Position numbers and translations under genes: made by a program
Shown here: piece after piece, positions 19,701 to 25,158 of the stretch
How the letters are laid out: each line of letters begins with the position of its first letter
Position numbering within the stretch: position 1 is the stretch's first letter
The notes under the pieces: model-generated
Database searches by the model: none
What the model was told of the DNA's origin: nothing
What the model saw: only the letters and a program-made list of their open reading frames with translations
Assembly (NCBI GenBank): GCA_040397545.1
Contig: JBBAVV010000003.1
Span: forward strand, 68,321-132,320
Origin: Pirellulales bacterium
Lineage (GTDB): Bacteria; Planctomycetota; Planctomycetia; Pirellulales; UBA1268
Direction: 5' to 3'
Length of the DNA stretch: 64,000 nucleotides

Positions 19701-20007
19701 CGAGACGCTCGGGATCTTCCGGGGGGCGGTCGCCGGTGTCGGCGTGAACGCGCGTGGCGATCGCCCGTGCCGCCTCGTCCCAGGCCTTGGCAGCGATTGC
19801 CCCCTGCTCGATCCCGGCGAGGGCCTCGAGGGCCGATTTTGGTTTTCCTTCGTCGAGGGCCCGTTGCACCGTCACCCACTGCCCTTCGCGGGCCCGGTTT
19901 GGAGCGGGGGGCTCGGCGGAGCGGCCGGGGGGGTTCATGACCAGGGCCCCGCCGAGAAGGACCAAAAGCCCGGCGAGGACCGGGGCGACACGTGGCAAAC
20001 GGGGCAC
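13744..20007 (-). CDS. alpha-2-macroglobulin family protein (YfaS-like; no thioester motif seen)
   Basis: MG-domain-like repeats, the A2M domain segment ETAFFLPALTSNDDGSVTIEFTLPDTLTTWQFKSLAHD, and a TED-like region. The start is uncertain: the GTG at 20007 gives the signal peptide PRLPRVAPVLAGLLVLLGGALV, whereas the track start at 20085 is a TTG. Confidence 0.85.
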   Translation of the reverse strand: MPRLPRVAPVLAGLLVLLGGALVMNPPGRSAEPPAPNRAREGQWVTVQRALDEGKPKSALEALAGIEQGAIAAKAWDEAARAIATRVHADTGDRPPEDPERLVRLEAALQGAPDEVKPVLEAILANWTWGFFQNNQWRFAQRTSGATGGVNEEGKAVEGLAGIASWDLPRVVAEVRRRFTAALDPAERLQAMPVAEWNQILEKGGMPDAWRPTVWDVVAHDALAFAASGVRGLADPEDLFEFEIDSPPLGTRQEFLAWRPEEATTDTDSPLLGEMLLFRRLLEAHADDADRTALLAADLDRIERASASAISPGGDEDRNARTTKALEALLEDCGENDVAAMVRHRLAGVVRQMNDDDAVVKARAIAAAGAASHPESAGGKLCKNLVAEIDGKSLELFTERTWNAPWPTIRARSKNLAKVHIRIVKADWLARLRAGKPQWQWLDDGDRAKLVAAKPLKAFAVDLPATDNLRDQTHDIKAPEDLPPGAYWVLASADADFGPNDNVVATTLVWVTRLAVVQRTNVFTGAGGPLAGHVVDSASGRPLADVSVQAFVRAQAGNPAPFEPAGKTTTDADGFYELAIEPQRETLLQFATTLDGALHEIASDPLSIWHQEQPQQHASFILMADRGIHRPGQIVRYKGILAHADRANRIYRALADRDVSVTFRDSNGRELSRQMQTSNATGSFHGEFAIPSGALPGQWMIVAEGEGTTGVLGLRIEEYKRPKFKVELAVPRNPVVLDKAVSLVGTATTYTGLPVAGAKVRYRVERQMRFPLWCRWFFPWIPFEGGPARILRGSATTDADGHFTVEFPAKPDRGVPVDSLPVFTYRVIADVTDPSGETRTADRAIRAGYAPLQADVKADAWQASGPDGAPAEVTLTVATQSLDDEPRAATGTLTIRRLVQPEQPLRGDLLQPFAVVRPRAAGRAAPGGQRGAKPGRIPAALPNPDPNDPEGWESGEEVFKAEDDTDGVTGKAVAKVKLGPGIYRAEFVVAGADGAPDVKARHTIEVVDPEATTSVIKRPLMLTAATMTAKPGSTFEAIVATGYDQGRVLVEVLRDGKLLTRHWTEPGRTQWPVRVEVGDDHRGGFTLRAWMVRDGRLHLKEQVIDVPWTNKTLEIVWERFTRRVEPGAKEIWRARVKSADDALDGAGKGVPAEIVATLYDQSLDALAPLAWPPGLSGLFRRETSPAVVAVFSNRPEVLQQIVGNWVVPQVPVDISWRRFRDPFGPQSMQFFGFNRRGMMRGWMPMAAPMMADAMMADAAPSRMMAKGAPVALGLEMDFAAVGDGGGPPPAANTAAAAPPPPRKNLVETAFFLPALTSNDDGSVTIEFTLPDTLTTWQFKSLAHDASLRSGTLLDTAVAAKDLMVEPVVPRFLREGDVVEIPVKVGNRSTGTLAGNIRLELFDARTGDSRQALLETPAEQPFELAAGQSKPVVFRVRVADGTETLRYLATGSAGRAADGEEAFLPVLSRRVLVDESVPITLRGPGSKTVTIHRLANVKDHPSIASQSLVVQAASNPAWYAVLALPSIAEPTDESVETLFTRFYANAWAGHIARSDERIAAVFEQWRNPPPGQKPLESPLEKNSELMQTLLAETPWVREAVDEREARHRIGLLFDPNRAADEQASTLRRLEGMRAGDGGWPWFPGGRTCTPVTLSILAGFGRLRAAGVDLDIQPALATLPWLDGQFVEWRNEAKKRGKGEPTIDSSVALALYARSFFAADMPPQGDAAAAIDFWREVARKTWVKLDARRSQGHVAIALFRSGDRETAASIIDSLRERAVDADVKPGEEKDSWQGMWWRDPHPAWWQWAAAPIETQGVMIEAFDEVAGDRDAVEALKVWLLSQKRTSRWRGNRATADAVGALLGRGADLLASTELVTVDVGGEKIEPGKDGAPRAEAGTGFIETRFTRREIEPRMGTITLARKEKGLAFGGVHWQYLDDIANVPAVGRAELAIDKQVFVKRQTKAGPELVAAAEDGTTRVEVGDELVVRLVVTSDRDYEFLELSDHRPSLTEPVDVLSGWRWADGAGWYLAVRDASTQLFFERLPRGTHVFEYSLRVAHRGSASSGFASIRSRYAPEFSAHSGSIGLEVE

Positions 20008-20270
20008 GGCGGAAGGCTCCGAGGGGCGAGACGAGGGGAGAGGGGGGCTGCAGAACGGCGCTGCGGCGCAAAGCGGCGGCGGCAACGGCTGGCCATGGAA
20101 TGCCCCGGGGGAACACGCGGCAGGGGCGAAGGCGTTTCACCCCCTCCGCCGCTGAAGAGCAAGTGTACGCGCGGTGGCCCTCCGCCGTCGCCCTTGGCGG
20201 GGGTGCGGACCCATCCCCTGGGAGGAGAAATCGAACGCATTCAGGTGCCGAACGAGGCCCCTAGCTGCCC

Positions 20271-20358
20271 GTGGAAAAAGTCATCCACGACCTTTTTCCA
20301 CTTGGAAAACCCCCGGTTTTCTCGAGTGCTCCGCACTCGCGACCGCCTCGTGCGGTCG
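20271..20358. other. array of four consecutive stem-loops between the mazF stop and the A2M start
   Basis: Four stem-loops in a row. (1) GTGGAAAAAG-N11-CTTTTTCCAC, 20271-20301. (2) GAAAACC-CCC-GGTTTTC, 20305-20321. (3) CGAGTGC-TCC-GCACTCG, 20323-20339. (4) CGACCGC-CTCGT-GCGGTCG, 20340-20358. Confidence 0.6.
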
Positions 20359-20382
20359 GGCCTGCACTTTATCCACAGCCTC

Positions 20383-20727
20383 CTAGCGGCCCAGGATGAG
20401 ATCGATTCCGGCAAAGATCCCCTCCATCGGTCGCTTCGGGAGTCGCCCGACGCGCTCGCTGAGGTGCCGCTTGTCGATCGTCACCAATTGCGTGACATTG
20501 GCGACGGAATCGCGATCGAGTCCGGTCTGCTTCGCCGTGAGCAAGACATTGCCGGGGGCGATCGACCAGCGCAGATTGCTCGTCAAGACAACACAGACGA
20601 CCGTGGCGATCTGGCTGCGGTTGAGCGCGTCAGACTGAAGGACGACCACCGGCCGACGGTATCCGGGGCTCGAGCCGATCGGCTCCGCGAGATCAGCCCA
20701 CCAGACTTCGCCTTGCGCAACGACCAT
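20383..20727 (-). CDS. mazF: type II toxin, MazF/PemK-family endoribonuclease
   Basis: MVVAQGEVWWADLAEPIGSSPGYRRPVVVLQSDALN..TVVCVVLTSNL..APGNVLL is the classic PemK/MazF pattern, and the length (114 aa) fits. Confidence 0.9.
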   Translation of the reverse strand: MVVAQGEVWWADLAEPIGSSPGYRRPVVVLQSDALNRSQIATVVCVVLTSNLRWSIAPGNVLLTAKQTGLDRDSVANVTQLVTIDKRHLSERVGRLPKRPMEGIFAGIDLILGR

Positions 20728-20736
20728 TGAGCGTAA

Positions 20737-20973
20737 CTACCATTCAGCGCGATGAACCGTTTGCTGTGCGGCCGCTTGCAGGAAGGTGGCATCCTCGCTT
20801 CCGGCCTCGCGGACGGCTTGATCCATCAGCGCCGTGACCCGGTCATCGTCATGGCGGGCAACGAACTCGGCGAGCGCTCGGGCATACATTTTGCTGCGAG
20901 AGATTTGCAATCGCGACGCCAATCGTTCCGCGTCCGCGAACACGTCGTCGGGGATCGAGACGGCTGTTTTCAT
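20737..20973 (-). CDS. ribbon-helix-helix antitoxin partnered with MazF
   Basis: MKTAVSIPDDVFADAERLASRLQISRSKMYARALAEFV is an RHH/CopG-type N-terminus. The 78-aa ORF ends 9 nt upstream of the toxin start. The track ORF 20737-21342 is an over-extension. Confidence 0.8.
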   Translation of the reverse strand: MKTAVSIPDDVFADAERLASRLQISRSKMYARALAEFVARHDDDRVTALMDQAVREAGSEDATFLQAAAQQTVHRAEW

Positions 20974-20979
20974 ACCGAA

Positions 20980-21007
20980 AGTATAACCGCACGAGCCCCT
21001 TCGGCAA
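20980..21007 (-). promoter_or_regulatory. sigma70-like promoter of the antitoxin-toxin operon, probably giving a leaderless mRNA
   Basis: On the minus strand: TTGCCG (21007-21002), a 16-nt spacer, then TATACT (20985-20980). The antitoxin ATG (20973) is only 6 nt downstream of the -10 box. Support is motif match only. Confidence 0.35.
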
Positions 21008-21114
21008 GGCCTCTGGATCGGCTCCGGTCGGCGACGTCGAGACGAGAGTCGATCGACTCGGCTGGACGCTCTGACCAGTCTGCTCCTACAAACTACGGTA
21101 GCCCGGAGGCGACG

Positions 21115-21339
21115 ATGAGCCGTAACGCAATCTTGGAAGACCTTCACGCCGTCCGCCGGAAGATCCTCGCGGACTGCAAGGGGGACACGGCGACGTATCT
21201 CCGCGAAGCTCACGAGCGCCTCGCAGTTTCCGGGAGGCCGATCTCGCACCGTCCCCAGCGCCTGATTCGCCAACCGGAGCCGGTGATTCCTCCGGACACG
21301 GCGACGGAAGCTGTTGCGGTAGCGCCGCTCGATCAGTGA
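21115..21339 (+). CDS. small hypothetical protein (74 aa)
   Basis: The ATG is preceded by GGAGG 6-7 nt upstream (cccGGAGGcgacgATG). MSRNAILEDLHAVRRKILADCKGDTATYLREAHERL.. matches no family I can assign. The gene is divergent from the antitoxin. Confidence 0.4.
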   Translation: MSRNAILEDLHAVRRKILADCKGDTATYLREAHERLAVSGRPISHRPQRLIRQPEPVIPPDTATEAVAVAPLDQ

Positions 21340-21470
21340 CACCTCAACCTGGGCGTCGCGGTTCGCCCCAGATCGCTGCGCGGAGTACCGCTGGTCGCCT
21401 GGCCTGTCGGAACCGATCGGGAAGACCTACGGTTCCTTTCGGCCGGCTGATTCTCCGCAAGACGCATGCG

Positions 21471-22439
21471 TCACGCCGCGTCAAAGAGCCCCTTGAGATA
21501 GCCAGCGGCGAAGAGGCGGCCGAGCATTTCGTAGCCCGGCGTCTCGTTGCTCTCGCCCGACATGCTCGGGGCGTGGTCGGGGCGGACGGTGCCTGCGTAG
21601 CCGATAGATTTCAGCGCCCGGAACACCGCCGGCATGTCGATCTCGCCGTCGTCGTGCCAGGTCTCCACGAAGTCGGCGGCCGTGCCGCGGACATTGCGGG
21701 CGTGAACAAAGGCGATCTTGTCCCTGAGGGCCGCGATCCCGGCGATCACATCCTCGCCGGCCGGATGGAGCGAGCCGACGCAGTAACAGATGGCGTTGGC
21801 GCGCGAGGGGACGAGTTGTGTGGCCCGCAGCAGGGCGGCGTTGGTATGCATGATCCGCGGCTGGCCGGCAAACTCGTCGAGCGGCGGATCGTCGGGATGG
21901 AGTGCGAGCCGGATCCCGCAGGCCTCCGCCACCGGCACGACCTCGTCGAGGAAGCGGTGGAGATGCTCCCAGAGCTTGTCGGCGGATGTCCGGACTGATG
22001 GGAGGCCGTCGGCATCGGTGACCGTCGGCCGCGAGGAAGCGCCGATGTCGGCGAGCCGGAAGGCGGTCGCCTTGGCGCCGCCACGGGCCGGGGCGACGGC
22101 GCTCGTCCGCTGCCAGTCTTCGTCGGGCATCCAGTTGTAACAAAGCACCTCCATACCATGGTCAGCCATGTGGCGGAGGAGCGTCTTGATCCCCGCTACC
22201 TGCTCGTCGCGGTTGGGGAGTCCATGGACGAGGCCGAGGTGGGGGAGCTTTCGCTCCACATGCGTGCAACGCATCCCGAAGGAGGCGATCCGCCGGCAGG
22301 TGGCGGCAAGCGCGGCCGGTTCGAGCCCCGGATAAGGAATGACGATGTCGCTGACGCCAACCTGCGCCGCCCACTCGAGGTGCCGGTCGGTGGGAGGATT
22401 GACGACCATCGACAGTCGCATCGACGTGCCCTGCGGCAT
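21471..22439 (-). CDS. uxuA: mannonate dehydratase (UxuA) family protein, short form
   Basis: VLCYNWMPDEDWQRT, VVPVAEACGIRLALHPDDPP, IAFVHARNV, GEIDMPAVFRALK, VRPDHAP and TPGYEMLGRLFAAGYLKG line up with conserved UxuA blocks (CYNFMPVLDWTRT, PVAEEVGVRMAVHPDDPP, MRPDHG, PGYSAIGRL). The start may instead be the ATG at 22421. Confidence 0.8.
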   Translation of the reverse strand: MPQGTSMRLSMVVNPPTDRHLEWAAQVGVSDIVIPYPGLEPAALAATCRRIASFGMRCTHVERKLPHLGLVHGLPNRDEQVAGIKTLLRHMADHGMEVLCYNWMPDEDWQRTSAVAPARGGAKATAFRLADIGASSRPTVTDADGLPSVRTSADKLWEHLHRFLDEVVPVAEACGIRLALHPDDPPLDEFAGQPRIMHTNAALLRATQLVPSRANAICYCVGSLHPAGEDVIAGIAALRDKIAFVHARNVRGTAADFVETWHDDGEIDMPAVFRALKSIGYAGTVRPDHAPSMSGESNETPGYEMLGRLFAAGYLKGLFDAA

Positions 22440-22701
22440 CGCTCACTCCTGAAACGCGGGATGTAGATGGCGCGCCGGTTGCGCCCGCTGCGAACCTTTC
22501 GGCTTTTTTATAGCCTTCTTCGCGGAATCGGTGGGTGACTTCTAACTCTGGTCGGCGGCCCCTTGCGTGAAACAGGGCGAACGCGATCCCTTGAGCGGCT
22601 CTGAAACCTGCCGCCGTGCTGGCGTTTTTTCGCCTGGCACAAGCAATCCGAGCCGGCAGCCGCCTAGCCCGCCCCCCGGATTCAATTCCCGCCCGGTTTT
22701 C

Positions 22702-22779
22702 GATTGCGCCCATTGGTCCCTGATCGCGCCCATTGGTCCTTGGGATGACCATTCGTCCCGGATTGAGCCACGTTCGTCC
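22702..22779. repeat. four phased direct repeats C(A/G)TT(G/C)GTCC at ~20-bp spacing (candidate regulator-binding array)
   Basis: GAT(T/C)GCGCCCATTGGTCC occurs at 22702-22719 and 22722-22739. Shorter copies follow: CATTCGTCC at 22750-22758 and CGTTCGTCC at 22771-22779. The array lies about 200 nt upstream of the FGE/PEP-CTERM gene. Confidence 0.6.
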
Positions 22780-22976
22780 CTTTTTTGGGGTGACGTGGAA
22801 ATCGTCTGTTAGAAACGGCGTGTCGATGAGCCGGGGGGCTCAAGGCGTTTCTGCACCCTCCCTTCTGAGGACACCTGCTCGTGAATCAATCCATGCGTTC
22901 TGGAAACTCTGCCGCTTGCGTCGTTAAGGCAAGAGGTCTCTGCAATCCAAGGCCACTGGTCAAAAGGATCGATCGT

Positions 22977-24011
22977 ATGCCGTACTTTTCTTTGAAAGTC
23001 TCTTCCCTTTGGCTGGCTGCCTTGGCCTGCCTGATGATGGGCTCTCTCGTCAACGCCGAACCGCTCCAGTGGGTGACGGTCGGCGACCCGGGGAACACGG
23101 CTGATACCACCGGAGTCCCGAATCCCGCTGGTGCCGTGGCGACTTCATTCCAGATCATGAAGTACGAGTTTACGAACCAGCTTTACACCGACTTCCTGAA
23201 CTCTGTGGCTGCGACCGACACCTACTCGCTCTACAACGCGAGCATGAGCAGCGAAGCCCGTGGCGGCATCACGCAATCCGGGTTGTCTGGTGCGTTCACC
23301 TATTTGGCCAAGACCGACATGGGCGACAAGCCGGTGAACTACGTGAGTTGGTTCGATGCGGCGCGGGTGTCTAACTGGTATCAGAACGGTGCAACGAGTT
23401 CGTCGGACACGGAGACGGGGGCGTATACTCTCGGCGGCGGCCAGACCACCGGTACGGCCCCGGCGGTGAACTCAGGGGCGACGTTCTACGTCCCGACGCA
23501 AGACCAGTGGTACAAGGCGGCGTACTACAAGGGCGGAGGCACGAGCGCCGGCTACTGGGATTACGCCACGCAGAGCAATTTGGACCCGACGGCGGTGACG
23601 GCAGGTTCGACAGGAATCGGCTCTGGTGGCAGCACTGGCAACTCCGCGAACTACAACTTGACCGCTGACTGGAATAGCCAAAATGGCAACGTGACGACGG
23701 TTGGCACCAACGGCGGGGCGAGTGCCTACGGGGCGTTTGATATGAGCGGAAACGTGGGTGAATGGAACGACCTCACGGGTGCTGCCGGCTCGTCTCGTGG
23801 GCGGCGTGGCGGCAGTTGGATCTCCGTCGCGTTCAATCTGTCGTCCTCCGGCAGCTATTCGCTCGACCCGTCGAGCGAGTTCAGCGGCATCGGTTTTCGT
23901 CTCGCAAGTCCGGTCAGCGTCCCCGAGATCGACCCGAGCGGTTTGAGTGCAGTGTTGGGGCTGCTCTTCGGCGGACTTGGGTTACTGGAACGACGACGGT
24001 ACGGCTGCTGA
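22977..24011 (+). CDS. formylglycine-generating-enzyme (SUMF1/FGE-sulfatase) domain protein with a C-terminal PEP-CTERM sorting signal
   Basis: Signal peptide MPYFSLKVSSLWLAALACLMMGSLVNA. FGE-domain blocks are present: YEFTNQLYTDFLN, KPVNYVSWFDAARVSNW, YGAFDMSGNVGEWNDL and RGGSW. The C-terminus VPEIDPSGLSAVLGLLFGGLGLLERRR has the PEP-CTERM pattern (PEP-like motif, TM helix, Arg cluster). Confidence 0.8.
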   Translation: MPYFSLKVSSLWLAALACLMMGSLVNAEPLQWVTVGDPGNTADTTGVPNPAGAVATSFQIMKYEFTNQLYTDFLNSVAATDTYSLYNASMSSEARGGITQSGLSGAFTYLAKTDMGDKPVNYVSWFDAARVSNWYQNGATSSSDTETGAYTLGGGQTTGTAPAVNSGATFYVPTQDQWYKAAYYKGGGTSAGYWDYATQSNLDPTAVTAGSTGIGSGGSTGNSANYNLTADWNSQNGNVTTVGTNGGASAYGAFDMSGNVGEWNDLTGAAGSSRGRRGGSWISVAFNLSSSGSYSLDPSSEFSGIGFRLASPVSVPEIDPSGLSAVLGLLFGGLGLLERRRYGC

Positions 24012-24534
24012 CGGTTCCCTTTGGGCTTTGTCCCTTTATCCCTTTGATCCCCCTGATCCCTTCTTCTCCTCTGCGACATCCAGCGATACTTTCCTTCGAT
24101 CAGCCAGGGTGTGCTCCTGAACACGATCCGCCGGGTGATTGCCGACCCGCAATGGATCGACCTCGTGCGACTGATTCTCGAGAGCCATGCCGAGAATGAA
24201 GTGCGGGAGCATTTCAGACCGTCAGCAGTGCCTCGTGTCAGGGACTACTCCGACTCTTCCTGTGCGGCCGAACGTCTGCCTCCGGGCGGCAGTCGGCCGG
24301 ACGAAGCCTGATGCCGCCACCGCGGCCCGACGGGTCGTGGCCATGACTGCCAGCCGGCCACGGCTGACTGCGGGCTGCGGTGGCGGTTCTTTTGCAGCTC
24401 CAAGCAGGACTTCTCTCGGGCCGGTCTGCGCCCACGGATTCTGCGGAGGAGGCTTTTTTTAGGGCACCCGATCGGAGCCTGGTGCGGCGTGGCTTCGTCC
24501 ACGCCTTGCCCGGAGGTCCTCCCGGGCCACAAGC

Positions 24535-24846
24535 CTATCGCAGCCCGGCCAGACGCAATGCCCACCGAGGAATCCAGTTCGGGATCGCGGGGACGGAAAA
24601 CTCTCCGATCGTGCCGATCTTCAGCCGGATCGGGACCTGCCCACGGCCGAGTGCCCCGAGCACACCCTGAAGCGCCGGCAGTTGCCTGCGCAGTCGCCAC
24701 GCCGAACGAACGGAGTCCACCGTCAGGCAAATCCCTCTGGGATCGGCCGTGATCGTGATCGGACGGCCGTCACAGCTGCCCGTGAGATGGCCTTCGATCT
24801 GCAGGGCAGCCATCGGAGTCGGACCGCGATCTGCCTGGGGGGACAT
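24535..24846 (-). CDS. hypothetical protein (103 aa)
   Basis: The ATG at 24846 lies 1 nt after the stop of the upstream small ORF, suggesting translational coupling. No family recognised. Confidence 0.4.
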   Translation of the reverse strand: MSPQADRGPTPMAALQIEGHLTGSCDGRPITITADPRGICLTVDSVRSAWRLRRQLPALQGVLGALGRGQVPIRLKIGTIGEFSVPAIPNWIPRWALRLAGLR

Positions 24847-24847
24847 T

Positions 24848-25048
24848 TCAAGTGCCCAGGTCGCGGGTGCGGATCTTCATGGTGCCGTGAAGAATCCACT
24901 CGGCGTAGGTGGCCGAAGGACCCGTGCCGCTGGGGATTTTCACATGCATGTTGTCGAACTCATACGTGATCTCAGCCTTCCGACCGGTCAGGCGGTCGTA
25001 GAGCCCGATCGCAAGGTCGGACCAGTCGAGTTGGTTGTCATTCGCCAT
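24848..25048 (-). CDS. hypothetical small protein (66 aa)
   Basis: The ORF opens at ATG 25048 (MANDNQLDWSDLAIGLYDRLTGRKAEITYEFDNMHVKIP..) in a stretch of relatively low GC, where an open frame is less likely by chance. No family recognised. Confidence 0.45.
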   Translation of the reverse strand: MANDNQLDWSDLAIGLYDRLTGRKAEITYEFDNMHVKIPSGTGPSATYAEWILHGTMKIRTRDLGT

Positions 25049-25158
25049 GGCGTACGGTTCCAAGGAGGAGAGGAAGACGAGTCCTGCTCAAACAGTACTC
25101 GACGTACCGTCACTATACGGCCTCCAGAACGCATGACCAGTGGAAAGGGACCACCAGT

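Noticed and set aside
20974-21342. Upstream part of track ORF 20737-21342 (minus strand), and plus-strand ORF 20752-21114
   Set aside because: The RHH antitoxin is complete from ATG 20973 and is preceded by a promoter-like match. The plus-strand stretch up to 21114 is antisense to the antitoxin. Only its last 74 codons, from ATG 21115 with GGAGG upstream, are considered a possible gene.
22670-22700. tRNA-fragment-like word GGATTCAATTCCCGCCC at the edge of the low-GC islet (possible att scar)
   Set aside because: The flanks cannot form a T-arm and no matching direct repeat was found at the other islet boundary, so the evidence is insufficient.
24111-24311. 66-aa plus-strand ORF (GTG start) downstream of the PEP-CTERM gene
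   Set aside because: There is no RBS and no recognisable family. It sits in a low-complexity non-coding stretch. It might be a gene fragment, but I cannot support it.
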